DNA of 64,000 nucleotides from Neoechinorhynchus agilis (GCA_051530055.1 CM121342.1:10121480-10185479); one strand, 5' to 3'. Shown: positions 34,414-50,907, counted from the first letter of the stretch. Numbers and translations: made by a program. Notes: generated from the letters alone by a model not told the origin.

Positions 34414-35344
34414 CTACAATTTCACACCCGTGTGAATAGCGGCGATTCCACATGTGAGGTTTTCGTATTGAACATTAGAAAATCCAGCATCCTCGATCTT
34501 CTTCTTAAATTCCTCTTGATTTGGAAAAACGCGAATGCTTTCAACAAGATACTTGTATGCATGATAATCATCAGCAACGATTTCGCCCATAATCGGGATA
34601 ATATTCATCGAATACCAGTCGTAAACACAGCGGAATACAGGATTTGTCACCAAACTGAACTCTAAACATGCGAATTTCCCTCCTACACGTAAAACTCTAT
34701 ACCCGATCGCATTATGTACTCGATTGTCATTAAAGTTAGAGAAAAAAATTTCTAATTAAAGCGACCATCTTATTATTTGTACAAAATTATGTAAAAATTT
34801 TTCGAGACGCCAATAGATAAAATGCGAACAGGCTTCAAATAAATGCTTCTCTGATCACCTGATCGAAATCTTTACAATTTCGCATTCCAAAAGAAATAGT
34901 GTACAAATCGAATTTGCCATCTTCGAAAGGAACATGTTCCCCGGCACACTGTACTCTTTCCACTCGGTCCTTAGTCTGTGGAGAATCTTGTCTGTCCCGA
35001 TGACAAGCAGCTAGCATATCACCATTAATATCACACATAGTGACCGTGGATTTAGGCATAAATGCAAGTATTCGATCGGTTATATCGCCAGTTCCAGCGC
35101 ACATATCCAGCACCTTGATGTTCGATTTTGGCTGTCGAAGGCTGCGGACATAATAGTTTTTCCATAGTCGATGGATACCGCCACTCATTACATCGTTCAT
35201 TATGTCATATCTCGTCGCTACTCGGTGAAACAAATCATTGACCAATTCTTGACGTTCTTCTCCTGATGACACTGATTTATATCCGAATGAGGTGTTCACT
35301 ACTTGGCGGATACTTAGCTTGGTTGGAAGGGCACGGCGAAGCAT
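34414..35344 (-). CDS. COQ5: 2-methoxy-6-polyprenyl-1,4-benzoquinol methylase (UbiE family)
   Basis: TSFGYKSV; FHRVATRYDIMNDVMSGGIHRLWK; LDMCAGTGDI; YTISFGMRN; GGKFACLEFS; YSMNIIPIMGE; YKYLVESIRVFP; GIAAIHTGVKL*. Confidence 0.95.
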
Positions 35345-36239
35345 CTCAAAGAAAAAAGGAGCGAACTTACAAATGTGAAAATTGTGATTTTTTTGAATTT
35401 AAATATGAAAATTAGCGTGGGCTTTTTCCGCAAATGCAGAATATGGAAATATAGAGAATTTAGAAGAAGAAAAAACGTGATGGAAAGAGGTAGGTGAAGT
35501 TTTTTCAGTAAAACGAAGGCAGCATTTTCATAGAATTAAAAATACCGTCAGTATATGGAAACTCATGCCGATGACACCCTTTTCGGCAAGATTCAGTGCT
35601 ACAGCTTTCAATTTAAAGTCACTGAGAGAGAGCAGTCACTCATTTAGCGTGAAAACGACAAAATTGTTGAATCAAAAAAGAACGCAACTGATAGCGTTTT
35701 TGGAGCTAATCGATATTTTTAAACATTCGCCTTGACCTCATCATTCGAATATCTCTATTACAAAGTTAGAATTAATTTGAAACACAAAGAATATCAGATC
35801 AAAAAGCTCTTTCAGAAAACCCAAAAATTAAAATAAAACCAATTAAATTAAAAGATGTCAGACTTCATAGTGGTGGCCGTAGCTACCGAGCAGAGCTGTC
35901 TTCTCTTCGAGTACCTTTCACCAAAACGCTTAAACCTGAACATTAATAGACGAAATGGGTACTTTTCGAAGACCTCAATGATGATACAGAATTCGGCGGA
36001 GACTGGGACCCCGGTTACTGCTGCAACCGTCAATCTGAACCATCGTCTCAATTTCTAGTTTTCGTCATGGAATGTGTTGATTTCTAAGGTGAACCAATAG
36101 GATCTCAGTAACATGCGACTAGATCTCAATGACTCCTAGCTTTTTTTGTGATGGAAAGCATTAAAATGAATCAATTTTGGATCCGATGCGGTCAACAACT
36201 TCATTTAATGGAAGTATTGATCATGAACGGAATCATGTC

Positions 36240-36900
36240 CTGGAACCAATAAAAGTTCATTTGATCGTATTTGATTCCATATAGCTAGCTTCAATTGTTG
36301 AATTAACTATTATTTTCGATTGAAAATCAGCTTACAATTAAAGAAATGGATCAAATAGCGAAACAAAACAATAAATAAATTGATTCTGGAACTAATAAAA
36401 GTTATTTCGGTCGTATTTGATTCCGGATAGTAAGGCTCAATTGTTCAAAAACAATTTTTTTCGGCTGAAAATCAACTTAAGTTTAAATTAATTGTTGATC
36501 TTAGCGAAAAAATAAATTGATTTTAGAACTAATAAAAGTTATTTCGGTCGTATTTGATTCCGGATAGAAAGGTTCAATTGTTCAAAAACAATTTTTTTCG
36601 GCTGAAAATCAACTGAAGTTTAAATTAATTGTTGATCTTAGCGAAAAAAAAGCTAAAAATAAATAAATTTTTAGAACTACTAAAAGTTATTTCGGTCGTA
36701 TTTGATTCCGGATAGAAAGGTTCAATTGTACAAAAAAAATTTTCGGCTGAAAATCGACTTAAGTTTGAATTAATTGTTGATCTTAGCGAAAAAATAAATT
36801 GATTTTTAGAACTAATAAAAGTTATTTCGGTCGATTTTATTTGAGATAGAAAGGTTCAATTGTTCAATGAACTATTATTTTCGACTGAAAATCATCTTTA
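36240..36900. repeat. Tandem repeat, 135-148 bp period, ~5 copies
   Basis: The anchor gaac.a.taaaagtt recurs at 36243, 36389, 36526, 36674 and 36809. Confidence 0.9.
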
Positions 36901-37111
36901 GATTAAAGAAGATTCCTCGTTGCGAACCTGAAATCGCTGCATTTTGTTTCATTTTAGCAGCTGAATTACGGACCATCGATGCTTCAAATCTCGATCGATT
37001 TGCAATAGTTAAAAACAAAGAATTCTTTTCATCTGATCGGATGCCTGAAAGAAATGTTCCACAAGTCCAATTTTCTCCATTTAAGTCTAAATTTTGCTTT
37101 AACAATTCAAA

Positions 37112-39808
<2,697 letters not shown>

Positions 39809-40511
39809 AAAAGCGATATTCGTCAATTTTGCTACAATGGGAATGCAAATAGAAAAATGTTGCATCTGAGATCTTTTGCATTAAGAATTGCAAATTTAAT
39901 CAGACGCATCGCATGTTTTCTTTACTATGAAAGGTTTTTTATTATAATTCTTTAATGGGTAACGCATTTTTTAATTAATCCTCAATTATTTCCGCTCTTA
40001 ACATTCACACGACGATTTTTCTAAGTTCAACATCATGAGATCGAAGCCAGGATAGTGAGTAAAATCGAGACCAGGTTCCGTTCGGAAGGAAAATATATTA
40101 ATATTCCTATCGGCAAAAAGTCAAATTGGAATCTTGAATTCGTACGAAATGTTATTTTCTCGGTTTATCATCAATTTTTTGGAACATTATTTTAAGAACA
40201 AAAAAAGTAAATTTTCGTTTATTGATCGTCGATCAATGTTTTGGATGGACACATTTTGGAGTATTTGAGATCTATAATCACTATTCCAAATGTGCAATTT
40301 TAGTCGAGGACGCAGTTTTGGTAATTACAACGTTAGTAAGGATTTGCTCACGTGAGGAATTGTTTACACACTTTAGACTTGTATATGAATGCTTTTCATA
40401 AACAATTCGGAAATCAATATTGGCGTCATTTGTCTTGTTTGCGTGTCGGAACTTTATTTGAAAGCAACTCTATATATAAAAACTCACAACACTACTGTCT
40501 ATCGAACGAAA

Positions 40512-41519
40512 ATGGTTAACGTTGAACTTACGAGTAAACTATCGCAATCTCCACGAATACCGACGAGTTGGCTCAACACAGCACCGGTGTGTAAATCGTT
40601 AATAAATGGCACATTCGCAGTGTTCAAAACTCCACTATCCTCCAAATACGACGACCAAGTGACGGACGGTATAAGATTTACTCCAACGATCGCCATGAAA
40701 CGGATTCGACGAGTCGCAGGTCATAAAGAGATCTCAGCGGTGATAAGTCTCGTCAGGAAAAAACACTACTATGATCCAGCGGAATTCACGGATACTTGGA
40801 ATGTTCCACATTTCTGTTTGCCGTGTAAAGGACAAAACCAATGTCCAGACCTTGAAACGAAGAACCTGTTTGTCGAGATTTGCGAATTTCTCAAACAATA
40901 CAAACCGAACGCAGTTATTGGAGTTCACTGCACCTTAGGTTTCAATCGTTCCGGGTTTCTAATTGCATCGTATCTTATTGAAAAGGCGGCTTATAGCTTA
41001 AGGAAAGCAATATCGGAATTTCGCGAAAATCGATTCCCGGGTATCAAAACGCCTCACTATATTCACGGACTTAGGATCCTTTATGGTTCTAGACGATTCA
41101 GGATAATCATAAATCGAAAAAGTGATACATACATACCGCCATCGAAGGATACGACCGTAAGTGATAATTCGCTTGCAAATCAGGATATTGGACAGAATAT
41201 TGATCGATCAATCTTACAGCAGAATCCAGTTCGTACTGAAGATGTTCAAGAAACGTCTCGAAAACGTCGCTTTAGCGATAAACATGAAGAATATTCGTCC
41301 ATCAAGCGACGATTTGTAGATTATTCAAGTAAAAATGAAAATGGTGGAAGAGAAGAGGCTGCCGTGGAGTCACGGAAGCGATTCAGAGTAGATCTCGAGA
41401 AAGACGAAGTTGCGCAGACACTTACAAAAAGCGAGCTGTTAAAAGAGATCTGTAAAAGAAAGAGGAATGCAGAGGATTGTGAAGAAAAGAGGGAATCAAG
41501 TAAAAGACAACGTCTATGA
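40512..41519 (+). CDS. Intronless stand-alone cysteine-dependent RNA 5'-triphosphatase (capping-enzyme/DUSP11-PIR-1 family domain) with a charged, NLS-rich tail
   Basis: PRIPTSWLN; FAVFKTPLSSKYDDQV...RFTP; VIGVHCTLGFNRSGFLIASYLIE; F...R.PGI...HYI..L...YG. No guanylyltransferase domain follows. Confidence 0.85.
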   Translation: MVNVELTSKLSQSPRIPTSWLNTAPVCKSLINGTFAVFKTPLSSKYDDQVTDGIRFTPTIAMKRIRRVAGHKEISAVISLVRKKHYYDPAEFTDTWNVPHFCLPCKGQNQCPDLETKNLFVEICEFLKQYKPNAVIGVHCTLGFNRSGFLIASYLIEKAAYSLRKAISEFRENRFPGIKTPHYIHGLRILYGSRRFRIIINRKSDTYIPPSKDTTVSDNSLANQDIGQNIDRSILQQNPVRTEDVQETSRKRRFSDKHEEYSSIKRRFVDYSSKNENGGREEAAVESRKRFRVDLEKDEVAQTLTKSELLKEICKRKRNAEDCEEKRESSKRQRL

Positions 41520-44500
41520 AGTGTCATGGACGGTAATGTCGTGTAAATGATCAACAAAATTGTCGCACGAAGAACGGCGCTATGGATTATTGTGACCAAT
41601 AACCTTGCGATGCTGTTAACAAATAAATTGGCGACGAGAAAAACATTTTTATTGGGCGAGCATTTTTAATGTTATTTTGTAGATTTTACTCAATTCCGAT
41701 CCTTTCATTAATCTGATTGATTTCCCTTTGTTTATCCCAAATGTTTCGAGGACCCATGCTCATTTCCCCTTAATCTCGACAAATTCGATTTTTTCCCGTC
41801 CTTAGATAATAACTTTTTTCTTTGATTTCTAGTCTAAAACGTCGAATTCTCGGTAAGGTTCTTTATATTTCTTAGAATACGTTTTCTATTTTTGCCCAGA
41901 GTACTCGTTTGACTGTGGTGTTCAATGAATCACCGATCGCGGGTAGCTTTGCATCTTCTCCTTTGATCCTCTTGGTCTCGGATTTGAATCCCTTTTTCAT
42001 TCACTACCTGGATTGATTTTCTTTTTATCTTTTCAACATCTCTAGTATACAGCATTTTTACACTTTTTCGCTTACTCCGTCGATTTAGATCGCTGTAGCT
42101 ACTCATTTTATAATTCGAACTATTTTCAGTCTCCAACATAGCGTTAGACAAATTAATATCATTTAGCTACAATTGAGAGCTTTAAAATTAAAGATTAGCT
42201 TTTCCGTTTCATTTTTATTTCCGCTAAGGAACGACAAATGAGATTTTATTGAACCCGATTAAAGCTAAAATATACAATTCGCTCAGCAATTTTTACTGCA
42301 GAACTAAAAATGCGGTAGGAAAATTGAGAATAATGACAATAACGGTGACGGTTTAAAGTCCCTTTTAATCACATTTGACATTACTAGAGAATTTAGAATA
42401 TGCAAATAGGCTATTTTGGCTTGAGTTGAAAATAATTACAAATGTAGCGATAAAAATAGACATTTGTTCGCGTTTCAATCACTCAGTTCTCAAATAAATC
42501 ATGAGCCTGAGAAAATAAAATCGATGTTCATGACCTCTAGAGGACAATAAATTTCAAATTATGAGTTGGACTTTCCCGATATCAATAAAAAACCCGGGAT
42601 AAGGCGTTATGGAAATTTGAATGTTAATTTTAGGGCGCATGTCGAATACAGATAATGCGAAAAGTATTTAGACAGAGCAACTTGTCTCTTGCCGCTTCAC
42701 GAGCTGGAAAGGCAAAAGACCGAAAAAGGGAGAAATGCAAACGCATCGATATGTCGCTCTACATTTTAAAAACCTCTCGCCATTGAGACGATTGGTGCCG
42801 TCGGACCAAGCACCGCAGGATTTTTTAACCAAGGTTAGAAAATTCTTGATGGGAACAGCAAAGGAAGAGGATCAGCGATTCCGAAAGGGAATCCTGGTTG
42901 TACCCTTGGGCCCTTCGTTCCAATCGAAACTTCGAATTACTTTAAATGTGTTTACACTTGGGATATTTAAATTTCTTAAACATAGAAGAGCTTTCAGGAA
43001 AAAGTCCGTCACTGAGATGTGAAATTGTTTGGTTATTTTTAGTCTAATTTTGAAACTCATCTGTGACTAAGAAAGCCAAAAAAAATCTGTAACCGAGCAA
43101 TGCTACAAAACGAAATACACAACAAAAACAATTTTAAAGTTTTGTGTTATTTGGCACATTTCACGTTTATTGCGAAATTAAATCGAACAAAGTTCACGAC
43201 TTAAATACAATGTGATATCCTGCTCCTTCAATTCAATCGTTTATTGGCGACGCTCAATAATGTACCCGCTTGCAGTACTCATCTAAATAAGCAGTTTCAA
43301 ACGTTTCGTTAGAGTGGCATTTCCTTCGAGTTCCCTAGTATTTACGCTCCTTTTTCCTCCCTAATGAAGAACACTAGAATTCCTCTTGTTTTTTTGCATC
43401 GGATACTAAATTATGCAAACGTCTTAAGACCACAGCGGAACTCTGTGTTGGCTCCTAAGTAATACAGCAACCGTAACACAGTGTTTTACCTGCCAAAAGA
43501 CCCCAAATTCAGTCTCATTGTACAGTTTTGATTTTATTCCGACTGAATTTTTTTATAAACTGATATAAAGTCTTCTCAACAAACAATTTTCTATATGTGC
43601 GTTAGTAGAATCAAGTGCACCATAGCGGCTCGCTTGCACTCGAGACAGTAAAGACTCCCGTAAGCGGCGTATACATGAGAAATATTGTTGTAGAATTGCT
43701 TCCACTTTTTACACTTGCGCCACCATAGCAGCCTATTTTCAATTGCCTTGTACTCCCTTTCACTACAGAGCAGACTTTCTATTTGAAGTCATTGGCTCAC
43801 TGAGTGTACGAGAAAAACTACTTCTTTTAGAGTTGAATGGTGGCAAAGTTGTAACGCCGCCCAAGCTAATCATCAAGTGCTCACACCTATCGAACAATCG
43901 TGAAATTAACCAACGAGACTTAAATGAAATCGTTTCTATTAGCCGTCGTCATTCTACACTATTTTGTGGTAGACGCTCTTAAAGTGAATGCCTACTATGG
44001 CAAACCGGCTGGTGAGTATCATTCACGGATATTTTTATTATTGTAAATCGGATTTTTCATTTATTTCTTTGTAGGTAAATATAGACAAATATGGAGAGAG
44101 AGTTTAGGTAGAAAAATCGCCGAATGTATTGAGGATCAACTTGAGAACGGTGAATCAGCCGAAAGTGCATATGACTTTTGTGATCGGATTTGGAATGCCC
44201 AATATGGCAATTATTTTCTACACTTGCCACTTCACAACCTAGAGACTAGTTAGCTCCTTTTATCCCGAAATCCCACATTAATCATGCCGTATAGGTGACG
44301 GTAGAAGACTTATGAGATCCGAAAATGATGAATATCTACGATACGCACCATTATTCTATCATCCGTGAGTACTTTTACGTTCTATACTCAATACTTTTGA
44401 TTGTATACATTAAAGAAATAAAAAAATCCTATCGCCAAAATTTCAAAGTAATGTTCTTTTCCAAATAATCAACGTTATTTTACTGTATTTGTCCAGAGGA

Positions 44501-44633
44501 TTACAAACCAAGTCATGCAGAACATCTATCATCCATAAAGACATTTTCGAAAACGCCATTTGAAGAAGTAATGAACCAATATGTTTGTTAATTTTAAATA
44601 TCGATTTAATAGAGAGTTCGTCGGCGACACATT

Positions 44634-46323
44634 ATGTCCATTTTAATGGCGTCAATGCTGAGCACAGTTGTTGTATTCGCAGCAGTTCTTTTCGTTTGGT
44701 CTGCAACGGGTAAAAAGGGTAACACTTATAAGGATTCGACAAATCGGTTTAATTTCAAGCGGACGCTGAGACGATGGTTTAAGAGAGGTGCCAAAGGTGA
44801 AGATTGTCAGGTAAGTCCTTAAACTAGTAAATATTTAGAAAGGAATGCTTGGTTTCTTACCAGGATTTTTGTCTTCGTTCATGACATTTGAGAACATCCG
44901 TGCTCAAATGTATTTAAAAAATTTCGACTGTCTCGGGGTTTTCGAATACTTTTCTATTTAAGACACATTATGCTAAAAAATACTGGGACATAAATCCCAA
45001 TGATCTTTAGCACCTAATACATGGCAGTGAAGATTGTCCTCGACTAAAGGTCAACGACAGAGTTATTGAGATTCCGGATGAAAGTGATCAGATGTAATTA
45101 ATTTCATTTCTGTATTTATAAAATAAGTTTTATTTAGACTTAAAGATTTTTACTCTGGAATAAAAATGGAAACTGTTCATGCACTAATGGCAAGTCATAG
45201 TTAAGTTAGGAAACTGTTCAAAAAAGGTTTAAAGGCTTGCCTTGAGAAGTACAAGGACCAGAAAGTAATCGACGACGAATGGACGTCTCTTTTGAAGTAC
45301 AACAGTATTGCTGAACCAATGAAATTAAGTGGTCCAAGACCGAAACTTAGTTATAATGAGATTGTAATCGATCTTTTATAATTAATTTTGAATTCAAGCT
45401 TCCATTATTGTTTAGTATGACGACGATGTTCAAAATGCGACCTATATAGCTTCAGGCTGGCCGCATTTTGGTTGTGGTCATGAGTTTTGGAATCTTGTTT
45501 GGCAAAAGGAATGTGAAGCGGTGGTCAATTTATGTCTTGAAGATGAATTCGCCGAATTATATTGGCCTAGAGAGGAAACCAATGTTATTGTCCTTGGACA
45601 TCTTGAGGTATTTAGGACACCCATCAAATCACGTTGCTTTCCCATTTTGTAATTAGCTGCATTTTATTTCCGAGCACAAATATGATGAGAAGTTTGCGAT
45701 CAGGATGTTTTTGATCCGAGATAGAATTTCCAAATCGCATCGGACTGTTTGTCAATATCACTATTTTTCATGGAGTTCAGCTCTCGAAGAACAACCAGAC
45801 ATACAATCCCTCTTAAGCTTTAGAAGGTATGCTACTCTAATAGTTGTTGTTTTTTCTCACATTTTAATCGGATAAACATTAAAAGGGCAATAAATCGATC
45901 GATTCTGACAAAGCCAAGTCACAATTCAATTATTTTGGTTCACTGCGGGTATTTATTAAATTTATTTAAGAGTTAGTTTTTTCTATGCTTTTTAACAGCG
46001 ATGGAGTCGGCCGGACCGGCGCATTTATTCTGTTAGATCTTGTTTTGAAACGTATGGTCGATAAAGGTATTTTTCCGGGTTTCTTCAATTTAAATTTCTG
46101 GGTTTTAAAGAAGCCAAGGAAATAAATGTTAAAGCAACTCTTCAACACCTAAGAGATCAGCGATCCGGAATAGTTCAATCTAAGGTATTTGTCTCTTATA
46201 TGGAAATGCACTTTAAACCCTTTTTTCCATTAGGACCAATATGAAACAGTGCTGATCGGAATCGCAAAGGAAATCGAGACAATGATGAAAATCTGCCAAG
46301 ATAGCTTTAGTCGTAATATTTGA
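44634..46323 (+). CDS. PTPRN: Receptor-type PTP of the IA-2/PTPRN subfamily (probably catalytically inactive); 5' exons likely further upstream
   Basis: TM helix ILMASMLSTVVVFAAVLFVW; YIASGWP; FWNLVWQ; LYWP; ILVHCG|DGVGRTGAFILLDLVLKRM; INVKATLQHLRDQRSGIVQSK|DQYE. The IA-2-type Asp follows the catalytic Cys motif and there is no WPD loop. Confidence 0.8.
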
Positions 46324-46925
46324 GCAAAAAAATTAAAACATTAATTGTTGTGAACTTTTGATATCGTTTGACATCTATAAATGTGCGTTTAATGCGTTGC
46401 AATCGTAAAACGGTTTATAAACGAGGATCAATGTTCAAAGTAATTTAGTTAACTGAGGTACCTACAATCGTGAATTTGATTTATATCTTGACGAAAGTTT
46501 GTGACTTTATACGGTTTCGTTTAGCATTATATGGCGAAAACCAAAAAAGACGACCTAGGAGTTTAAGGTTAATTTTTAATATAGGACGCGATTATCATTG
46601 CAGAAATGGATATTTTTTGATTGTTTGTATAGAACGCAAAAAATCTTAATAAATATTGAAAGTTTATTAAACATTTTAATAGAAATAAAGAGATCTTGAT
46701 ATTGGAAAAAAAATTGTTAGTTGTTTTATCCGTTAGAATTAAACAATCAAATGGTGAGAAAAACTCTATCAACACTCTCGTGCATTCAAAGCATCGATAC
46801 ATCATTATATTAACAGGTTTTTAAAACGATGGCAAGAGAAAATAGTAGTATAAATCCCTGGAAATGATTTAAGCGGCTTTCCTCGAAATATAACACTTTA
46901 AAATGTTTATTTCAACCAAATGCAC

Positions 46926-49618
46926 TCAGTTATGGCTACGACGATGTCGTGATCCAATTGAATAGTTGGAAATACGCCTCTTCCAAGATCTCTCTTCGCC
47001 AACTAAATACCTATCCTGGTCGTTTTCATTGTTCAAGGTCGTTTCCAATGTTTCCGGCGTGTTTAATTCAGTAAGTATAGCCGCATACTGAGATCTTGAC
47101 TTATCAAGACATTTATCCCATTTGATTTCTAAATTAACGAATTCTTCGCAATTAATCTCGGTTAATTGTTCTTTTTGTTCTTGTAAAAACTGCTTGGCAT
47201 CCGTTGCGAATTGTTCGAAATTCATGTAAACATCCTCATCGATTTTTTGCCTTAGTTTTTCGACAGAAACAGGGTGGTATTCTTGTAGATTAAAAAGGCA
47301 ATCCCCAATCACTTTTAGCATTACTTCATACCTTTGCCTCAAAAGTGAGAATTCCAAAAGAGTGGTTCGTTTCGAAGCCCTAACTTCGTCCATCATTAAT
47401 TGGAGAACATTGATTACACCCGTTTGCTGAATACGCACGCTTTCGAACGTACCAATCGTCCGCATTCTCAATGAGGCGCCGTTTCGTTCACATCGCTTAA
47501 GAAACCAATAAGCTAGAATCCGATCAAAAAGGAATCCGTCGTCGTTTCCAGTTACCTCACAACATCTTTTTCTAATTTCATCAATTTTATTCTCTTCAAT
47601 AATTGGATAAATCTTTTTGATTGAATTCACCTTAAGTCCAGTCCGATTAACCGTTAATTCTCGCAATTTAACGTCGGATCTTCTTAAATGCCGATGACAA
47701 GTGAACTCCATAAAAATCTCGCCGTTCTTTGAAATAACTGATCCTTCATAGCCGGCAGACCGAGCACAAAGTGGATGAAATTTGTGAGTGCACATTGTAC
47801 AGGTCACGCAAATCCCGTCGTTACATTGGGCGCATACTGAACATTTGAGTTGTTTTGAACATTGGTCTTTTGAGAGATTTTTTGCCGCTAAGAAACATAT
47901 CGCGTGAACCCAGTGTTCGTCATAAGACCACCGGATTGCTATTTTATCATCAATGGTTGTACAAAGATCACAGTTCATGTCCGGTTTAGGATCCGGTTCT
48001 GAGCATGTGTCACAAAACCACTCCCGTTCAGGAATACTCTCAACACCATAACACTCTTGATGAGCGACCATTCCGCATTGACCACAACGAACCAAAACGT
48101 TCCAGTCGTTTTCAGTTTCATCCGATAAACATACCACACAAGTCCAATCATCGTTAGAATAGTCCATGTCCGAGTTATCCAATTTCGAGTTTCGCTCCAG
48201 TCTATCCATAATCAACTCCAATTCACATGCATTCAGTGGAACTGTCAACTTAATGCATTGTACTTTCACTCATGCAAAAAGATTGAAGATTAGTTGTATT
48301 TTCCTAAAACAAAAACCTTTTGTTTTGTCAAAATCGAATTTTATAGAAAGTGCGCAGTTTTTTCTTCTTCAAACCTACCATGATATTCCCAAATGTAGCT
48401 TTCAAAAACGCTTGGATATTAATCGATATTGGGTAGCGGTGATTATATGATCAAAAGTTTATTATTTAGTTATTCATAACGTAAATAATTTTTTATTAAA
48501 GACAATTTCGAACTAGTTTATTCAATTAATAAACGATACAAGCGTCGAAACTTATTTACCAGGTGAGTTTGACTTGTGGTATAATCATAATCCTCGGGAT
48601 AAAAGATATTTTATTGATCATCTCACATCTTAAAAACCAAAAACGCAATAACCGATCTTTCGAAATATTTCATATCAATAAAATATCTTTTTTTATCCGG
48701 GGATTATGATCACACCACAATTCAAGCTTGCATATTATTTCACGTTCGGATAAGGGATTTAGATTGATTAAAAATCAAGTATTTTACTATTCGCGCATTA
48801 GCTACCATTTCAGTTGTCGGCTTAAATATTTATATCCTTCCTTGAGGCGTTATCGTTTCAATTAATTCAACTATAATTTGTATTAGTTTTCTTTAATAAA
48901 AATTTAGATATCAATCACGAAAAATACCAATAAAAATCCAAGGAGATGGGTTCCGATATCCTAATCTAAACAAAATTCTCTTTGAATCATATGATATTCT
49001 AAATAAGACTTTAAAACTTCATTGCAATCTCCCAATGAGTACCCGTTGTTTCTGCTAAGGACGCTCAAACTGCTATAAAAATTAATACGCAGAAGTTCGG
49101 TTCAACTATTGAAACTTAATTTATGAATAATATTGCCAATATTAATTTTCCTAAAATAGCCGGCCCAACACCTGTGTAATGCGAGTCCTAAGTTCAATTG
49201 GACAATTTAAAAAAAATTTACATCAAAAACTAAAAAAATTTAATGCGCTTTACTTTCATTCAAACGAACATGAGTAAACGCGCAATGCTTGTTCGTTTAT
49301 TTATATCTAAAATTCTCGATTGAAAGATCTTTCCCATAACCAAGAATCGAAGAATAAGGTTTCTAACCACCTAAAATCTTGTTCATCCAAAATGTAACCC
49401 ACCCCTTCGTATTTTGGCTCTTTTCCTTCAATTCTAACCAGCGTGTCTATGACCAAAGGATTAGAAATCGTGGGTTTGGTATTCGTTTTACATCTATTGA
49501 TTGTTTTTTCATCAGTGCCGTCTTCGTCCGCATCCAATTCTAATCGTAGAATCGTATCCGCATTTAATAACGTTTCTCTTTTAACTTTCTCGTAATCGTT
49601 AGCGGCGGTCGAACTCAT
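46926..49618 (-). CDS. BRPF1: BRPF/BRD1 (peregrin)-like scaffold: EPL1 region, PHD-zinc knuckle-PHD, degenerate bromodomain
   Basis: 5' exon GYILDEQDFRW (49307-49618); LELIMDRLERNS; CVVC..RCGQCGMVAHQECYGVESIPEREWFCDTC; WVHAIC; KFHPLCARSAG; RILAYWFLKRCERNG; YMNFEQFATD. Confidence 0.78.
48575..48719. repeat. Intronic inverted repeat, ~40-bp arms
   Basis: tgtggtataatcataatcctcgggataaaagatattttattgat pairs with atcaataaaatatctttttttatccggggattatgatcacaccaca. Confidence 0.8.
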
Positions 49619-50711
49619 TTTTTCGCTCAATATAAACTCACAAGTACATTTCAAGCGCGTATTGTGCACGTGAGTTGGTCGAGTTTAAAACACGGTTGAC
49701 GATGTGTGGAATTGTAGTAAATATTTTTTCAGGGTTTTAAAACATATACTTAGACCTCAGAAAGTCAATACGAGTATTCGATAGTTTCGGGTTTTGAAGC
49801 TTTAAAAGTAGCTTCACTGCAGTTCATAGGATCGTTTTAATTTGACTGTAGTTCGACCTTCCAGTCAAATAAGCGTGGACGATTGCGTGCAAATTTTGGT
49901 TCGCAAATTTGCGCTGACAATTGTTTGGATCATTTAAGACTCCCGGATCCTCCAGGCGGACCGGGAACCTCTAAGGTCAGTAATGGTGAAGGTAGAAATT
50001 TGTTAGATATAATTCCTAATTCTGATTTTGATGGAGCTCTGGGTTCATCGCTTCCCGTAAACCAGGAAGGTGGTTATCACTTTGGTATCTCCGGTTTTGA
50101 TGGAGATTTGGGAGCATCGTTGAAAAATAGGTATAATCTCCGACCAGTTAAAAAGGAGGAGTATATTGTTGTCATTAAAAATGAAGATCTGTTCAAAAAG
50201 GAATTGGAATAAAAAATATCGCAAACGAATATGCCAAAGCTTATCCGAAAAATTCTAAGATCTTCAAAAGAATATTTCAATATTCTCATAAAATTGTCCT
50301 TTTTTGAGAAAAATATAAGAAGGATTTCCTGAAACTCCAGGAAATGCAACATCTTGATCCTAAAAGATAAAAAATATGTAAGAGATCAGTTGGGAATAAT
50401 ATTTTTAAAATACTTCTTTAAGGCAAATCCCAAATGCAATGTTGGGACAGACATTGACGATGCATGTCGAAGGGACGGACTGTCGATCGAATTACTTGGT
50501 TTTAACGTCACCTTCGCAGTATTCAAGAATGAGATGGATGATTTTATACTCATATCAATATTATGGAAAGCCTCTTTTCCCAACACCCTCATGTTTATTC
50601 CAGATTTATTATCGAACGGAAAATGGGTGTTTTATTTGTTTATTGCTTCAAATTTTCGACGCCTTGCGTCTTCGTCAGGAAGCTTTTCTTCGGTTAATCG
50701 AAGGATACATG

Positions 50712-50907
50712 TTTTTCCCCGATTTGGCGAAATTTATTAAATTATTCAAAGGGTCAATATTTCGACTAGCTTGTGAGTCTTCTTCAGGACGTTGCTTGTG
50801 AGTTTTTAAATATTCGAGTTCGAGCAACGTCCTGAAGAAGACTCACAAGTTAGTCGAAATATTGACCCTTTAAATAATTTAATAAATTTCGCCAAACCGG
50901 GGAAAAA
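50712..50907. repeat. 87-bp-arm inverted repeat, 22-nt spacer
   Basis: 50712-50798 versus 50821-50907, with only a few mismatches. Confidence 0.92.
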
